Source of the DNA: Antedon mediterranea
Lineage: Eukaryota; Animalia; Echinodermata
NCBI RefSeq assembly: GCF_964355755.1
Contig: NC_092672.1
Location: 26,914,437 to 26,978,436 of the forward strand
Direction: 5' to 3'
Length of the DNA stretch: 64,000 bases
The notes below the pieces were generated by a model that saw only the letters and a list, made by a program, of their open reading frames with translations, was not told the origin of the DNA and did not search any database. The translations under genes were made by a program, and so were the position numbers. Of the stretch, positions 40,001 through 51,563 are shown in pieces (position 1 is the first letter of the stretch; every line of letters starts with the position of its first letter).

Positions 40001-40270
40001 GTTTATGTTTCTACGGTCCCACTGAAGGGAAAGAGCAAGCTTCCTTGTGATAGGCTGCAATTTGACAGTCCATTCCATTTCAACAAAAGAAGATTCATAC
40101 CATGGTGACATTTAGAAGACCAAAGACGCTCTCGTTGAAACGTAATCCAAAATATCCCAGAAGGACAATTGCCAGTTTCCTTTAACCACAGAAAGTGCTT
40201 TGAAGAAATGAAATTAAAGTGTCAAAGGTCGACATACTCATCAGACCTGATCGACAGAAAAAGTCTTATA
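28041..40270 (+). pseudogene. RPL23A: Tandem array of ~27 full plus 1 partial RPL23A (uL23) pseudogene units, each ~420-500 bp
   Basis: Units encode TFRRPKTLSLKRNP(K/*)[72 protein letters not shown](IGII*), without introns. Anchor GCCAGAAGGAACAAG recurs at ~28046, 28466, 28887, 29391 ... 39682. Internal units carry a stop (NP*YP) or a frameshift (AAGTTTAAGATGAC); the first is 5'-truncated; none has the native start codon. Confidence 0.95.
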
Positions 40271-40964
40271 TATTGTGTAGGTTAAATTACGTGATATACG
40301 TATTCAAATTTTTAGGCATGTTGGTGTCATCAAAATAAAAAGGGTGCCAAATCATGAGAAAGATAATTAATAAAGCTAATTGAAATTTGAAAGGAAAATC
40401 AGGCACAGATAAACAAGATGGCTTCTCTTAAATATGATAATCTATATTATGAAAGAGAAAAAGTGGACACTTTGATGATGTCACAACATTTTTTTACATC
40501 AAATATGTACATGAATTCACACCTACAACACAATGGCTTCCAGAATACATTAAAAATATTGGGGTTATCGTGCATTCTGAAGAATTATTTTCATTAAAAA
40601 AATGCCTTAATTTTTACCATATTCAGCACTTTTGTGTAATTAATGTGCGCATTTTTTCATTTTGTAGGAGCTTGTATTGCTTTATTTAAATCGGAATGGA
40701 CTCAAATTTAGTGAATGTATTAAGGAAGGTGAGTAGAATGCGATTTGTACAAAAAACATTTTTTTAAGTATTGTGTGTAATTTTTTGAAAATTGATCAAA
40801 ACGTCATTTTGAGTTTTTTAAATTTTTAACGTGCACTTTAACACTCATGACCCTGTGTACTATTTTATTTGATAATATTGTTACCCCTGACCTGAAGTTT
40901 ATGTATAGATGTAATGACGGCAACGATGACGATGATGATGGTGATAATGATAATCATAATAATA

Positions 40965-41451
40965 TGATTAGTACGGCCATACTGCGTTGAAACACCGGTT
41001 CTCGTCAGATCACCGAAGTTAAGCAACGTTGGGCCCGGTTGCGTTCTGGATGGGAGACCGTCCAGAAATCGCGGCGGGTGCTGTATATACTGGAGAGTGA
41101 TGGTGTAATGGTAATATCGAACTAGCATGTGATAGGCATGGGTTCGAGTTTATCTGTACCATACTAATTGCATCCTTAGGCAAGATGCTTTACTCTCATT
41201 GCCTCATCCTTCCGATGGGATGTAAAGCCGTTGGTCCTGTGTACTTAACAGTGCACGTTAAAGAAATTGGTACACTATTCGAAAAGAGTAGGGGATCGTC
41301 TCCCGGTGTGCTGATATGGTAGGCGCTGCACTGCTGGCTGCCGTGGGTCCGTGGAGGGCCTAATCCGAATTTCCTCAGTTTCCAGTTAAGCATGAGGACA
41401 AATACATATAAAATAAAAAATAAAATAAATAAAATAATAATCATAATAATA
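40965..41451 (+). mobile_element. Composite SINE: 5S rRNA-derived head, tRNA-like segment, Deu/Nin-type core, A/AAT-rich tail
   Basis: 40971-41085 is 5S-like (TACGGCCATAC..GATCACCGAAGTTAAGC..GGATGGGAGACCG..GGTGCTGTA). A box TGGTGTAATGG (41101), B box GGTTCGAGT (41141). Core GTAAAGCCGTTGGTCC..CACGTTAAAGAA..CGAAAAGAGTAGGGG..CCCGGTGT. Possible low-complexity TSD ATAATCATAATAATA. Confidence 0.8.
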
Positions 41452-41789
41452 ATAATCAATGATAATAATTTTATACGTCATTGAAAAATTGGAGGTACAC
41501 AACTTCACATAAATGTGGATATCAAAATATTTTGTCCACACCTTCTAGAGAAACGACGCACAAAAAAAGAAGAAAGAAGAATAATACAGACAAAAAATAT
41601 GATTCTATACAATAACAAGGAGTTATCCGCATATTGCAGATAACTATAAAAGATGCTGATTTCATACAATTACAAGGAGTTATCTGCCAAGGTGTGGATA
41701 ACTAAAAGGTTTTTAAAGCTTGTTTAAAACTACAGGATCTTAGTGTATTTGGTAAACTGTTACATAAACATTGGTGCCACTTTGCTTCT

Positions 41790-43510
41790 CAAAACTTTGT
41801 TCTCCACAGGTTTGTTCATGTTCTCACTGTGATTGTATGGAATCATCATCTTTTTATTTTTATTAGTTCTAAAAGTTTGATGTCTACTCTTAGCTTCGGT
41901 TTAATTGATGATGTTTACCTATATTGTGATAGTGTTGAAGATAAAACATCTAAGTTTTATGAAAGCCTAAGTATTGCGATTGATTACTACTTTCCAAAAA
42001 AATCAGTAAAAATGCATGTACGTGACCGACCATGGATGACACCTGCAATCAAGAATCTGATAAAAAAAAGCGCCAGCAAGCTTTTGCAACTAGAGGAACA
42101 TCAAATGTATGGAGATTCTACAAAAACATTGTGCAAAAACAAATCAAATCGTGCAAAAAACATTGTTACAAAGAAAATATTAGTAATCTAAAATCATCTG
42201 ACTCTAAAAAATGGCACCAAGGAATCAAACTACTTACAAATAAGCTTAAACCACAACCTACTATTTGTGCCCCAGGTGTTCCATTAGATAATTTGGTTGG
42301 CACGAGCAATGCTATCAACTCCTTCTTTGGTGACATAGCGCGCAGCAGACCCTATCGCCTTGAACAAATTACCATAATTTCTACATGCACAACTGCCGCC
42401 TTGTGTATCAGAGTGGGAGATGTATCTAGAACTTAAGAAAGTGAAGGTTGGAAAATCTCCCGGACCCGACAATATTCCAAACAAAATCTTGAAGGAATTT
42501 GCATGTGAAATTAGCCAACCAATAACGCATATTTTCAACACATCCTTAAGCAAAGGCATTGTCCCCAGCTGGTGTACTTCTCGTTTCAAAAAGTACTTCC
42601 TGTCATTGATCCCATTGTAATTGACGACCGACAACTTGAATGTGTCACTGAAGTGAGTATCTTAGGAGTCTGGGTCCAAAGCAACCTTAAATGGAATAAA
42701 AATGTTAGTGAAATCATTTTAAAAAGCAGCAGAAAACTACATTATGTTATGTCGTCTAAAAAATTCAGTGTCCCCGTTGAAGATCTAGTAGAGGTATATA
42801 CTGGCTACATTAGATCTACCCTTGAATATGCGGCATAAGTGTGGCATTCAGGTATAACTAATGAACAGAGCAATGCTATTGAGAAAATACATATTGCGTG
42901 CTTGCCGAATCATTCTAGGCCATAAATATATAGATTATCCTCACGCACTGAATAACCTTAACCTCCTAACCTTATCTGAACGTAGAACAAAGCTGTGCCT
43001 TAAACTTGCCAAAACTTGTGCAAAAGACGATCGCTTTTCATGGTGGTTCAGTTGAAATAACACAGCTCACAATATGGTTCTTCGCAATCCTAAAAAATAT
43101 GTTGAGCCATTAGCCAAAGTCAGCCGTTATCATAATTAATAGTGCAATCCCATATCTTACCAGAATTTTAAATAAAAATAATATTAATAATATATAAAGA
43201 TTTAACAACAGCGTGCAACATCTGTTGGCCCCATTGTGTATTTTTGTAAATTTTTATACCATTTTACTGCTACTAATGAATTGTTAATTAGTTTTTTATA
43301 TATTTACAAGTGCATATCCATTCCGTAATTTTTATAAGTAGTCATTTAATTCTTCAACCATATATTTTTGATATCTTATTTGTAAATTTGATTTTGTTTT
43401 ATATGTGTATAATGATCTGTGCAATTTTTATTGTTATGTAAATCCCAAGAAATTCAGTTTCTTTTCTGTGATTTGTGGATATTATTAAAATAAATAAATA
43501 AATAAATAAA
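41790..43510 (+). mobile_element. Truncated, internally deleted non-LTR retrotransposon (CR1/L2-group ORF2)
   Basis: Frameshifted RPWMTPAIK, KSPGPDNIPNKILKEFACEISQPITHIFNTSLSKGIVP, then LGVWVQSNLKW..YTGYIRSTLEYA..LNLLTLSERRTKLCL; (TAAA)n tail at 43488-43510; RT catalytic core missing. Confidence 0.88.
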
Positions 43511-44057
43511 TTGGTATTTGATTTGAATATATAAATCATAATCCATTTTATATTTGTTGTTTGTTGTAAAGTACGTGTTTTTTACTGTTTACCTTCTTAC
43601 ATTACATGTAGATTATAAATGACTGGATGAACTTGATGAATGCAATCCACCAATTCTATATTGCTCTTTGATTGATTTGTAGTTTCTGAACAATTATCTG
43701 GTGCTAGAATAACACAAAGGTAATTCTTTAGTTTTTGTCAAATGTTATTGCCTATTCTTTAAAAATGTTGTGATTAAAAATTAGTATTTCTGAATTAACT
43801 ATAGCTGTTTTTGCCTGATGAGGATTTCTGTACTTGTTATATTTGATTTCCATACCTTTTTTATTGGTTCCAGATCTTGGTTTTATTTGTTTTTTTTTTG
43901 GTTGTGCCATAATCATTTGTTTCTTGGTTGCCAATTACCATAGTTTTGCTGCCAGTGTTGTCATGCAGGTGTAATTTTTCTGCTTCTGGTTGTAGTTTGA
44001 ACTACAGTAGTAAAGATTGTTGTGTGTGATTGTAGTTCATTGTTCTTATTACACCAT
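43511..44057 (-). pseudogene. Decayed duplicate of the mucin and transmembrane exons of the EGF gene
   Basis: Shares acceptor CTAGAATAACACAAAGGTAATT and ATGA(A/G)TGCAATCCACCAA (WWIA) with 51564-51790, and ACACCATCTA..ATAAAGAT plus TKK-type repeats with 56020-56360; frameshifted. Confidence 0.75.
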
Positions 44058-44319
44058 CTAACATAAAGATAGATTCATAATAAAGTCTAAGCTATAATAA
44101 AGTCAGTGTTAAAAATATTTCCTACAATATTTTTAAAATAGTTTCACCATTATATAGTCATCAAACATGATGATTAAGTTTTTATTTTTGTTTTGTTCAC
44201 CACCTCTTGACAATTTCCTCATTTGGTTATTAATGCAACTGAAAAGTTACTCTGCATCATTAATTGTAATGCTACAGAAGTTAAATTGATTCTGCAAGCT
44301 CTTCAATAGTACTATCTCA

Positions 44320-44680
44320 AGCCGATTTTCCACTAGGCGAATCGAAAGCGTCATGCTATGCGCATGTGTATTCGAGTTTCTGTCTGTCATACTCCCTTCT
44401 TCGACGAATTCTAGTTCCTTTGATGTTTCGCTTCAGCGAAATTTACTAGTTCGAATTGTTTCTACTTTTTGCGAAGCGAAATATTGCGCAACCAATCAGA
44501 GCTCAGGAAATGAGCTATGATGCTTTCATGAGCACTCATGCGAATTGATATGCTCAGCAACCACGCGAGGAACATGAACTTCGCAGCAATTTGCTCATGT
44601 AATGGAAAGAGAGTAGGGGATTTTCTTCTCTTCGAAACGTTGGATTTGTGCGAACAAATTTACCTAGTGGAAAATCAGCT
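44320..44680. mobile_element. PIF/Harbinger-type MITE
   Basis: TCA|AGCCGATTTTCCACTAGG ... CCTAGTGGAAAATCAGCT|TCA; 3-bp TNA TSD; inverted copy at 56639-57013. Confidence 0.85.
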
Positions 44681-45574
44681 TCAGGAGTAACTAATACAAT
44701 AACAAAAACTTTCAATGAATATTCCAAAATGTACATACAGTACAAATTTTCCTGAATTGTAAACAAAAAGCAATGTCTCTATTTTCTATCATCTTATAAC
44801 TTTACTAACATCCTTTCTTTTGTTGGAAATGTCTCAGTAAAGATTTCCTTTTCTATGTATTAGAGGCTTTGGATAACATGTTTTGCCTGTTTAAAAAAAA
44901 AGAAAAATTATTAAAAAGCTTGCTAAAAACTGCCTATCCATGCAGTGCAAATCAGTTAAATATCTTACATATAAAGTATAAATAGTACTCAGAAAAGATG
45001 CTTGTTTGAATTTTAATATTGGAATTATTTAAAAAAAAAAAAAAAAAAAAACAGAAAATTTACCTTCAGCCTTGAAGTGTACTTACTATGTAGGATTAGC
45101 TTGATGTTATTGTGAGTTTGCCTGAACCAGACAACAATATGAGTTCTCCATACCTATATCAACCTAGGTTTACCAAAGCTTTTGACACAACCTCGTCGGT
45201 ACAAACCTGTGAGTAAGAAATTCCTGTAGTAGGCCTACTGTCTATTTGTAATCCTTATTATATCTATAGGCGTCAATAAACATCAACAAATTGAAGTTCA
45301 ATTTTATGGTTTATACACTAAATAAATGACGCACATAGAAAAGCCAGGAAATGACGTACTTTTGTTACCTCTTATTGTTCTTTTCATTTAATAATGCAAA
45401 TATAATACCTGATGGCGTTCTACAATGCAATGCAAATAGAACACCTGATGGCGCCCTATAATGCAGCCAGAATATTGTTTAATCGGGGTGGAGATAGGTG
45501 ATTATTAATACTGTGTGTTTGATTTATGTAGATTTGAAATAAATACACAAACAAAATCTGTATATTTCCTTAAA

Positions 45575-45851
45575 TGTAAAGAATTATATGGTCTCCCTAA
45601 AAAATAATTTTTTTAACATTTTTTGTTAATTATGTCATTTTAATGTCACATAGTTATACACTTTGACAAAAAACTGAAACGGGAAAAAAAAATAATTTCC
45701 TGAAAAAAAAATGTAATTTAAAGCAATTGTTTTTGTGGATTGTTTTTTCTACAGAAGTGAATAACTTTATTAAAACTGCAAAATGGCCTATTCAAAGTCT
45801 GATTTTATTAATATTTATTCTTCAGGTTTTTGGGGGCTAATACATTTTTAA
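45575..45851. mobile_element. Decayed copy of the TTAA (Kolobok-like) MITE family
   Basis: Internal similarity to 10043-10300 (CATTTTAATGTCACA, TTTAAAGCAA, AAAGTCTGATTT) and end GGGGGCTAATACATTTTTAA. Confidence 0.5.
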
Positions 45852-46040
45852 ATCAAATGGAAATAGAGAAATAATGTTGAAAAGATGGTAATAAATGGTG
45901 AGAGTAAAAAAAATAAGTGATTCTAATTTGGCAACAAGTTTACCTGATTGAATGCTAACTTGTGTAGTAGAATTTTTACATATTAATATGTTGTAATAAG
46001 AATTGTAGTTAAAATGTTGTAATCATTTTAAGTTGTGTTA

Positions 46041-47491
46041 TCTATATATAAATTTACGTAAGGGCAAAATTCGGTAAATCACGCGTTATTTCTAGAATGT
46101 TTACTCGATGGTATATAAAGTTGGTTAGAATCTCGGTACTGATTTTAACCACCTGATGTAACCCTGTTTACTAATTAAATTGAGTTAGATAATTAGTTAT
46201 TGACAATTAAAACGAATTTAGGTTCAACGATTTGCCCCAAATAGGGGTGTTTTTCGATCGTGGTATACACTGTCTAATGGATGTCCGTCTTGAAAAATAC
46301 CCACAGACAATAATACGAGGATGCTTCGCATTTTCCTATCTCCTCCTACGATAATTGTTTTTAATGGCTGAAAACCGGTTGAACAGCTCGAGTACAGCAT
46401 CATAATGTTGAAGACAGGCCGCTTTTCTTTAAAAAATACTATTTTGATAGATTTAATATACGTTTATACAAATGTATTGATTTGCGATGAATGGAACATT
46501 CCAATCTCTGTTCCACAAGTGTCTATTCCCTCAGGCGTCGTAAAGGCAAGTACTGTATACTCATAACAGAAATTTGATCCATTTTTTTTTTAATCTGTGC
46601 TGCAGAGGTTGGATATAATTTTTTTTAAACGGATAATGAGCTAGCGTTTTCAGTCGCAGTATATTATGTAAACATCTTTATTATTGCATTTAAACCACCC
46701 ACATCATCACCCCTCCCTCACTGGCATGAGTAGCGTTGTAAAGCCAGTACAGGATAGGCCTACGGTGCATCACATCCCCTAAACGCAGAACAACTTTGGT
46801 GGGTAGGGTAAGAACCAACTTAAGTATGAATTGGCTCTAAGAAACAATTGAAAACCATTAGGCCTACTAATTAAGTTGAGTTAGATAATTTAATATTTAT
46901 TGACGATTAAATCGAATTTATGATTTTCCTCGAATAGAGGTGGTTTTCACAAATTGTTTTACATTATATAAACATACACGTCGTAGTGATGTATCGTTAC
47001 ATGTACTGTAGCCTACTATTTCAATCGACTAGGACGGTGATAGTTTCAACAAAGTATTACATAGCAATGTTTTACTGTGTTTAGTGGTATATTATTTGTA
47101 AAACATGAAAACAATTAATATTTCGTTACTAAATGGATAAAGAATATATTTAATATATTTAAAAATTGTTCCTCTTTGCACCCATCCTCTTCCCCATCCC
47201 TCACCCCTAATGTTACATACAAAACACAAATTAAGTTTGTTTAAATTTGACTTAAACAATTGGTCTCATTTTGTGACAAGTTTCTCTTTCGGAAGTAATT
47301 CTCAGGGTGCTAATTTTAGTTGAGTACATAAATCATTGTCTATTTATTCGTTCCTGTAAACGACATGTATTATTGTAGGCCTACGTACATTTGAAATCGC
47401 CAGTTTTTTAACGCTGCAATTATTATGTATTCGAAAACCATCTGTGGGCACGACCTAGATGGTACGCGAGCGAAGCGAGCGTACCATCTAG
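46041..47491 (+). mobile_element. Non-autonomous Helitron copy 2, intact ends
   Basis: Inserted between A and T with no TSD; 5' TC, 3' CTAG; terminal 13-bp-stem hairpin CTAGATGGTACGC-loop-GCGTACCATCTAG (47455-47491). Confidence 0.88.
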
Positions 47492-49529
47492 TATTGTCAA
47501 TGCAGAAAAATAATCTCAAAATTCCTCAAAAGTTATGAATCGTATGGTAACTAAGAATTTCACAGAGCATTTGTTTGTCTTCACTGAACCATAGGTTGTA
47601 TTCATTCAGACATGAATTTTAGTTACTGTTTCATTTCAACTGCTGTTGCCATATTATACTTCATAGTATTGATTTTAAATTGAAACTTGGTGTAGTATTG
47701 TTATTAAAAATTTGCATACTTCAGAGGAACAACTACTGTCAATAAATGTTTCCAAATGATTTCATGTGGAAATTTCCCAAATGATCGAAATCAAACGGTA
47801 CTGGGTTTGATCTACTAACACATAAAAAGTGAATATAGATATATAATAAGGAAGATCAGTATCTCTTTGAGTGGCGGTTTCATCGCTGTTGGTTGACAAC
47901 TGAATAAAATAAATAAATATCTAAAAACACTTTATTTTAAATTAATACTTTTATACTAACACATATCATTGTCTTTTTTATTTAATATATGTACAAGATC
48001 AGTACATCCAAATATTTACCAAACTATTTACACAAATATAATCAAACATTTTGTACTGTCTCTAAGAAAACATTTCAATCTTCTATCAACTAAAGCTGAA
48101 GTAACTCATGTTCCCAGACCCCACTCTATTCATCAGTGCTTCTATGAATGGATGACTTTTGAGAGCAGGAACGCTAATAGACTAAACTCGGTACCATTTT
48201 GATTTCGATGCCTGGACTATACTACTAGAAAAGTATGTGCAGAGAGACAGTTGACATGAGACGGTAGACTGTAAATAAAGTTTTATAATTAAAAATCAAT
48301 GTTTTTGTATTTCCTATTCAATAAATATATACATTCGAGGTTGCATCTATTCCAGGCACATGGACTTTTGTGGCTTATCAGAGCCATGGTTTTCAATCAG
48401 TGATTTTTTGTTAAATTTTACCCTTAAAGTACAGTGCACAAAAAAAATTATTGTTCCTATTTTATTTTTTTTTTTTGTGCTGTTAAGGTTAAAATGTAAA
48501 ATTAAACTGAAACTGCTGAAACTTCTCCAACAAAACCAAAGACTGTCACTGACTAGAACATTAAAAATAATAAGCCTGTTTTACATTAGATTCCTACACT
48601 GCCATTTTAAATTAGGTGACCCAATGGTTCATTTTGTTTTTCATCCATTGAAAATTGGTTTTATTTTAGTCTTAACACACTCCATTTATATACTAAATAA
48701 CAGATATTTGCTGTTGACTCCCAGTTAATATTCATCATGTTTTGCTAAAGACTCATGTCCATGATGATGGTGAGTTTCCAAAAAGCTATATTTAGTATTA
48801 TTTTGTTAGAAATCTAAACATTCCTCAAAAGTACAAAATCATTGTACCAATTCACCTATTTTAATCAATATCTAAATTAAACAAACAACCTTCATAGTGA
48901 GTTCTTTTATTCACTAGTAATGTTTAATTTACTGAGCTATAATAATAATAGGTTGTATTCATTCAAATGTGAATTTCTACCAGTTGTTACTGTATTTAAT
49001 TTCATTTAACAATGTGGCAGTGAATTCCAATAGTGTTAATAGTTGTAAATATTACCAATACCAATGTATAGTACAATTTGTGTTGGAACAAGATGTTTTC
49101 TTTTCCTACAAATAAAATAAATGAAATATCTCTATTTGTTATTTAACCAACCTTTCGGTTCATTATCGAGAGACATAGCCGCAACGAGAGATGATCAGTT
49201 GTTTGGTTTGACATTTTAAAAATGTTTTCATTTATCTGGTATTTTGAAATTTCGATTGCATTAAAAAAAAAAATATTAAAAACATCTTTGCCAGTTTTAC
49301 AACTCTGGCTATGGCTGTGCTTATTTGATATGCTTAATTCTGTCTGTGAGTTTAAGAAGGGTGCCGTAATCAAATAGCATTCTATCTGTAAACCATACAC
49401 TTTTCCTGTGTGTGAACTTATGGAAGCCTAATTTCTTTTGAAATGTGTAGCAGGTTTCTCTTGTGGCGTGGTTCTTCTGAATATTGTTCAGTGCACGATT
49501 CATTGTTTTTTTTTTTTATAAAGACACAT

Positions 49530-49690
49530 GAACAAATGAAGGTTTCGTAATGAAAGCGCCTTCTTAGATGTTTTACAAAAACTGGAGAAGAACAGCGAAG
49601 TAATCAGTAAAAACAACCATGCATTATATTCAATTCAGAATGTAATGATAAAAGAAAGAAAGGGTAGTGTAGTAGTTTCAAATCAAAGTA
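49530..49690 (+). pseudogene. Decayed duplicate of the STN1 last exon and start of its 3' UTR
   Basis: GAAAGCGCCTTCTTAGATGTTTTACAAAAACTGGAGAAGAACAGCGAA..ATTCAGAATGTAATGATAAAAGAAA aligns with 27262-27366. Confidence 0.85.
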
Positions 49691-51563
49691 AAAAAAAAAC
49701 AAAACAATTACTCGCCATTATTAATATCTACATAACAAATTTATTAAAAATATTATATATTCCTTAAACAATTACATTAAAAAAATTCAAATAATATATT
49801 TTATAATAAAATATCTTTTATTTTGATTATTTTATACATAAAAATGTTAAATATGTTAACTTTGGTATAAGAAATTGTGTAATGAAACATGTATTTTGTA
49901 ACAAGTACTTTTATTATTAATACTACTACAATTTATTAAGCGATTTTCCAACAAATTATAAATATTGAAAACCAAAAATTTAAAATCCTTAAACCATATT
50001 TGTACAGTAAAACTCTTTAAAAATAAGTATTATTCTTAATTAATTACTTAATCCTTAATTCCTCTGTGCAAAGATTTTTTATTGGTGAAATTTTTTTTCA
50101 TACTAAAATCGGTTACCTTTTTTTTATCTGGTCATGTGACCAGTTTTTTTATCACTAAATTCGTATGTAATATGTTTTTAACACTGTGTAATGATGAAAA
50201 TCAACAAAACTACCAATAGTTTGAATTATTTTCATTATTTTATATAAAAAATACACAAATAAATGTTTGCCAGCATTATTAGAGAAAACTAGAATTTTAA
50301 TTTATATTTAGAATTTCAAAAATAACCTAAAATTTATTGCTTACTATAGAGGGGGTGTACAGTTGAGGCAATGATTGGTTGTATACAGTTATTTGTTTAA
50401 TACCCAGTAGATATATGCAGTGACAGGGTTAATAAAATGCTTCAACAAAAAAATTCATGCACTATTGCCATTTGAAAAATTGTCATATAACCCGCTTTAT
50501 TTTATAATATTATAATTTCCTTCCTTAAAAGCCAAATATCTAGTATATTTAATCTATTCTTACAGATTGATATTCCCTCTTGAAATATTTTTACTGTCCA
50601 ATATAGTTCAGTTTCTTAACTACCAAATTTAAAATAAAAAACTGATGATAATATCGTTATATTGAAGGAAATACTGTAGGCATACAATGTGAACATTAAT
50701 GTATATTAATAAAGTATATTTCCATATGCGTTTGATCAAAAAATAACCTGGGTAATACTGCCCTACTTTGAGAAAAGGGCTTCACTACATTTTTTTAGAC
50801 ATTGAGATTTTTATCTTATCTGACTCTTGGGGTTATATTCTTTCACTTGAATTGACCAGTTATCACAAACACCTATAGAAATCATTTGACAAAAGGCCTC
50901 AACTACAACAATTGACCAATCAGATAAGAGTATGATGAATATATAATGAGGCAGATTAATGCTCTAATGAGAAAAGCCTTTTTCATATATTTTGTAAATT
51001 TTTTACAAATTACCTAATCTAAATTACATTTATAATTTATTTCAACTAAAGTTACTAAATGTTTTGGTAAATTTTGATCAAAAATCAAGTAAAGTAACTG
51101 CAAAAGTGCCCTGTTTTTTAAGTATGTCCCGCCATTTTTAAGTACAAATAATTTGGAAAAAGCTTTATGCAATTTGACCCACTAAAATAAAAAAAAAATA
51201 ATTGAAAATTTTGTCAGATGTTTTTCAATAATGTACTTTTGAAATAAATTCATTTGAAAATAAAATACTATTATGTATTGAAAAACAAAAACACGTTTTG
51301 GTTAATTACTCAAAAGTAGCTTTTTGTAGATAAGCCCTTTTCTCAAAGTACGGCAGTATACAAGAACAACATATTATTTTTATAATGGTAATGTAAATGA
51401 ATATATTGGTGATGTTATATTCGGATCCTGCCGAAGTCAATTGTACATAAAATAAGAGGAAAAAAACTAGTCTAACATTTCGATTACACTTTTTTTTAAA
51501 GTAAAAACAATAGTCTAACAATTACACTTCGATTACACTTTCATTTTAATGAATCATGTTTGG

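Noticed and set aside
28041-40270. CRISPR-like or diversity-generating cassette interpretation of the array
   Set aside because: No unique spacers; variation is shared point mutation and recombination; eukaryotic context with no cas or RT gene.
40971-41085. Functional 5S rRNA gene
   Set aside because: Diverged internal control region, no oligo-T terminator, single copy and fused to a SINE body.
41510-41710. Paired ACAAGGAGTTATC..GATAACTA hairpins
   Set aside because: Probably HINE-type transposon ends, but boundaries could not be defined well enough to annotate.
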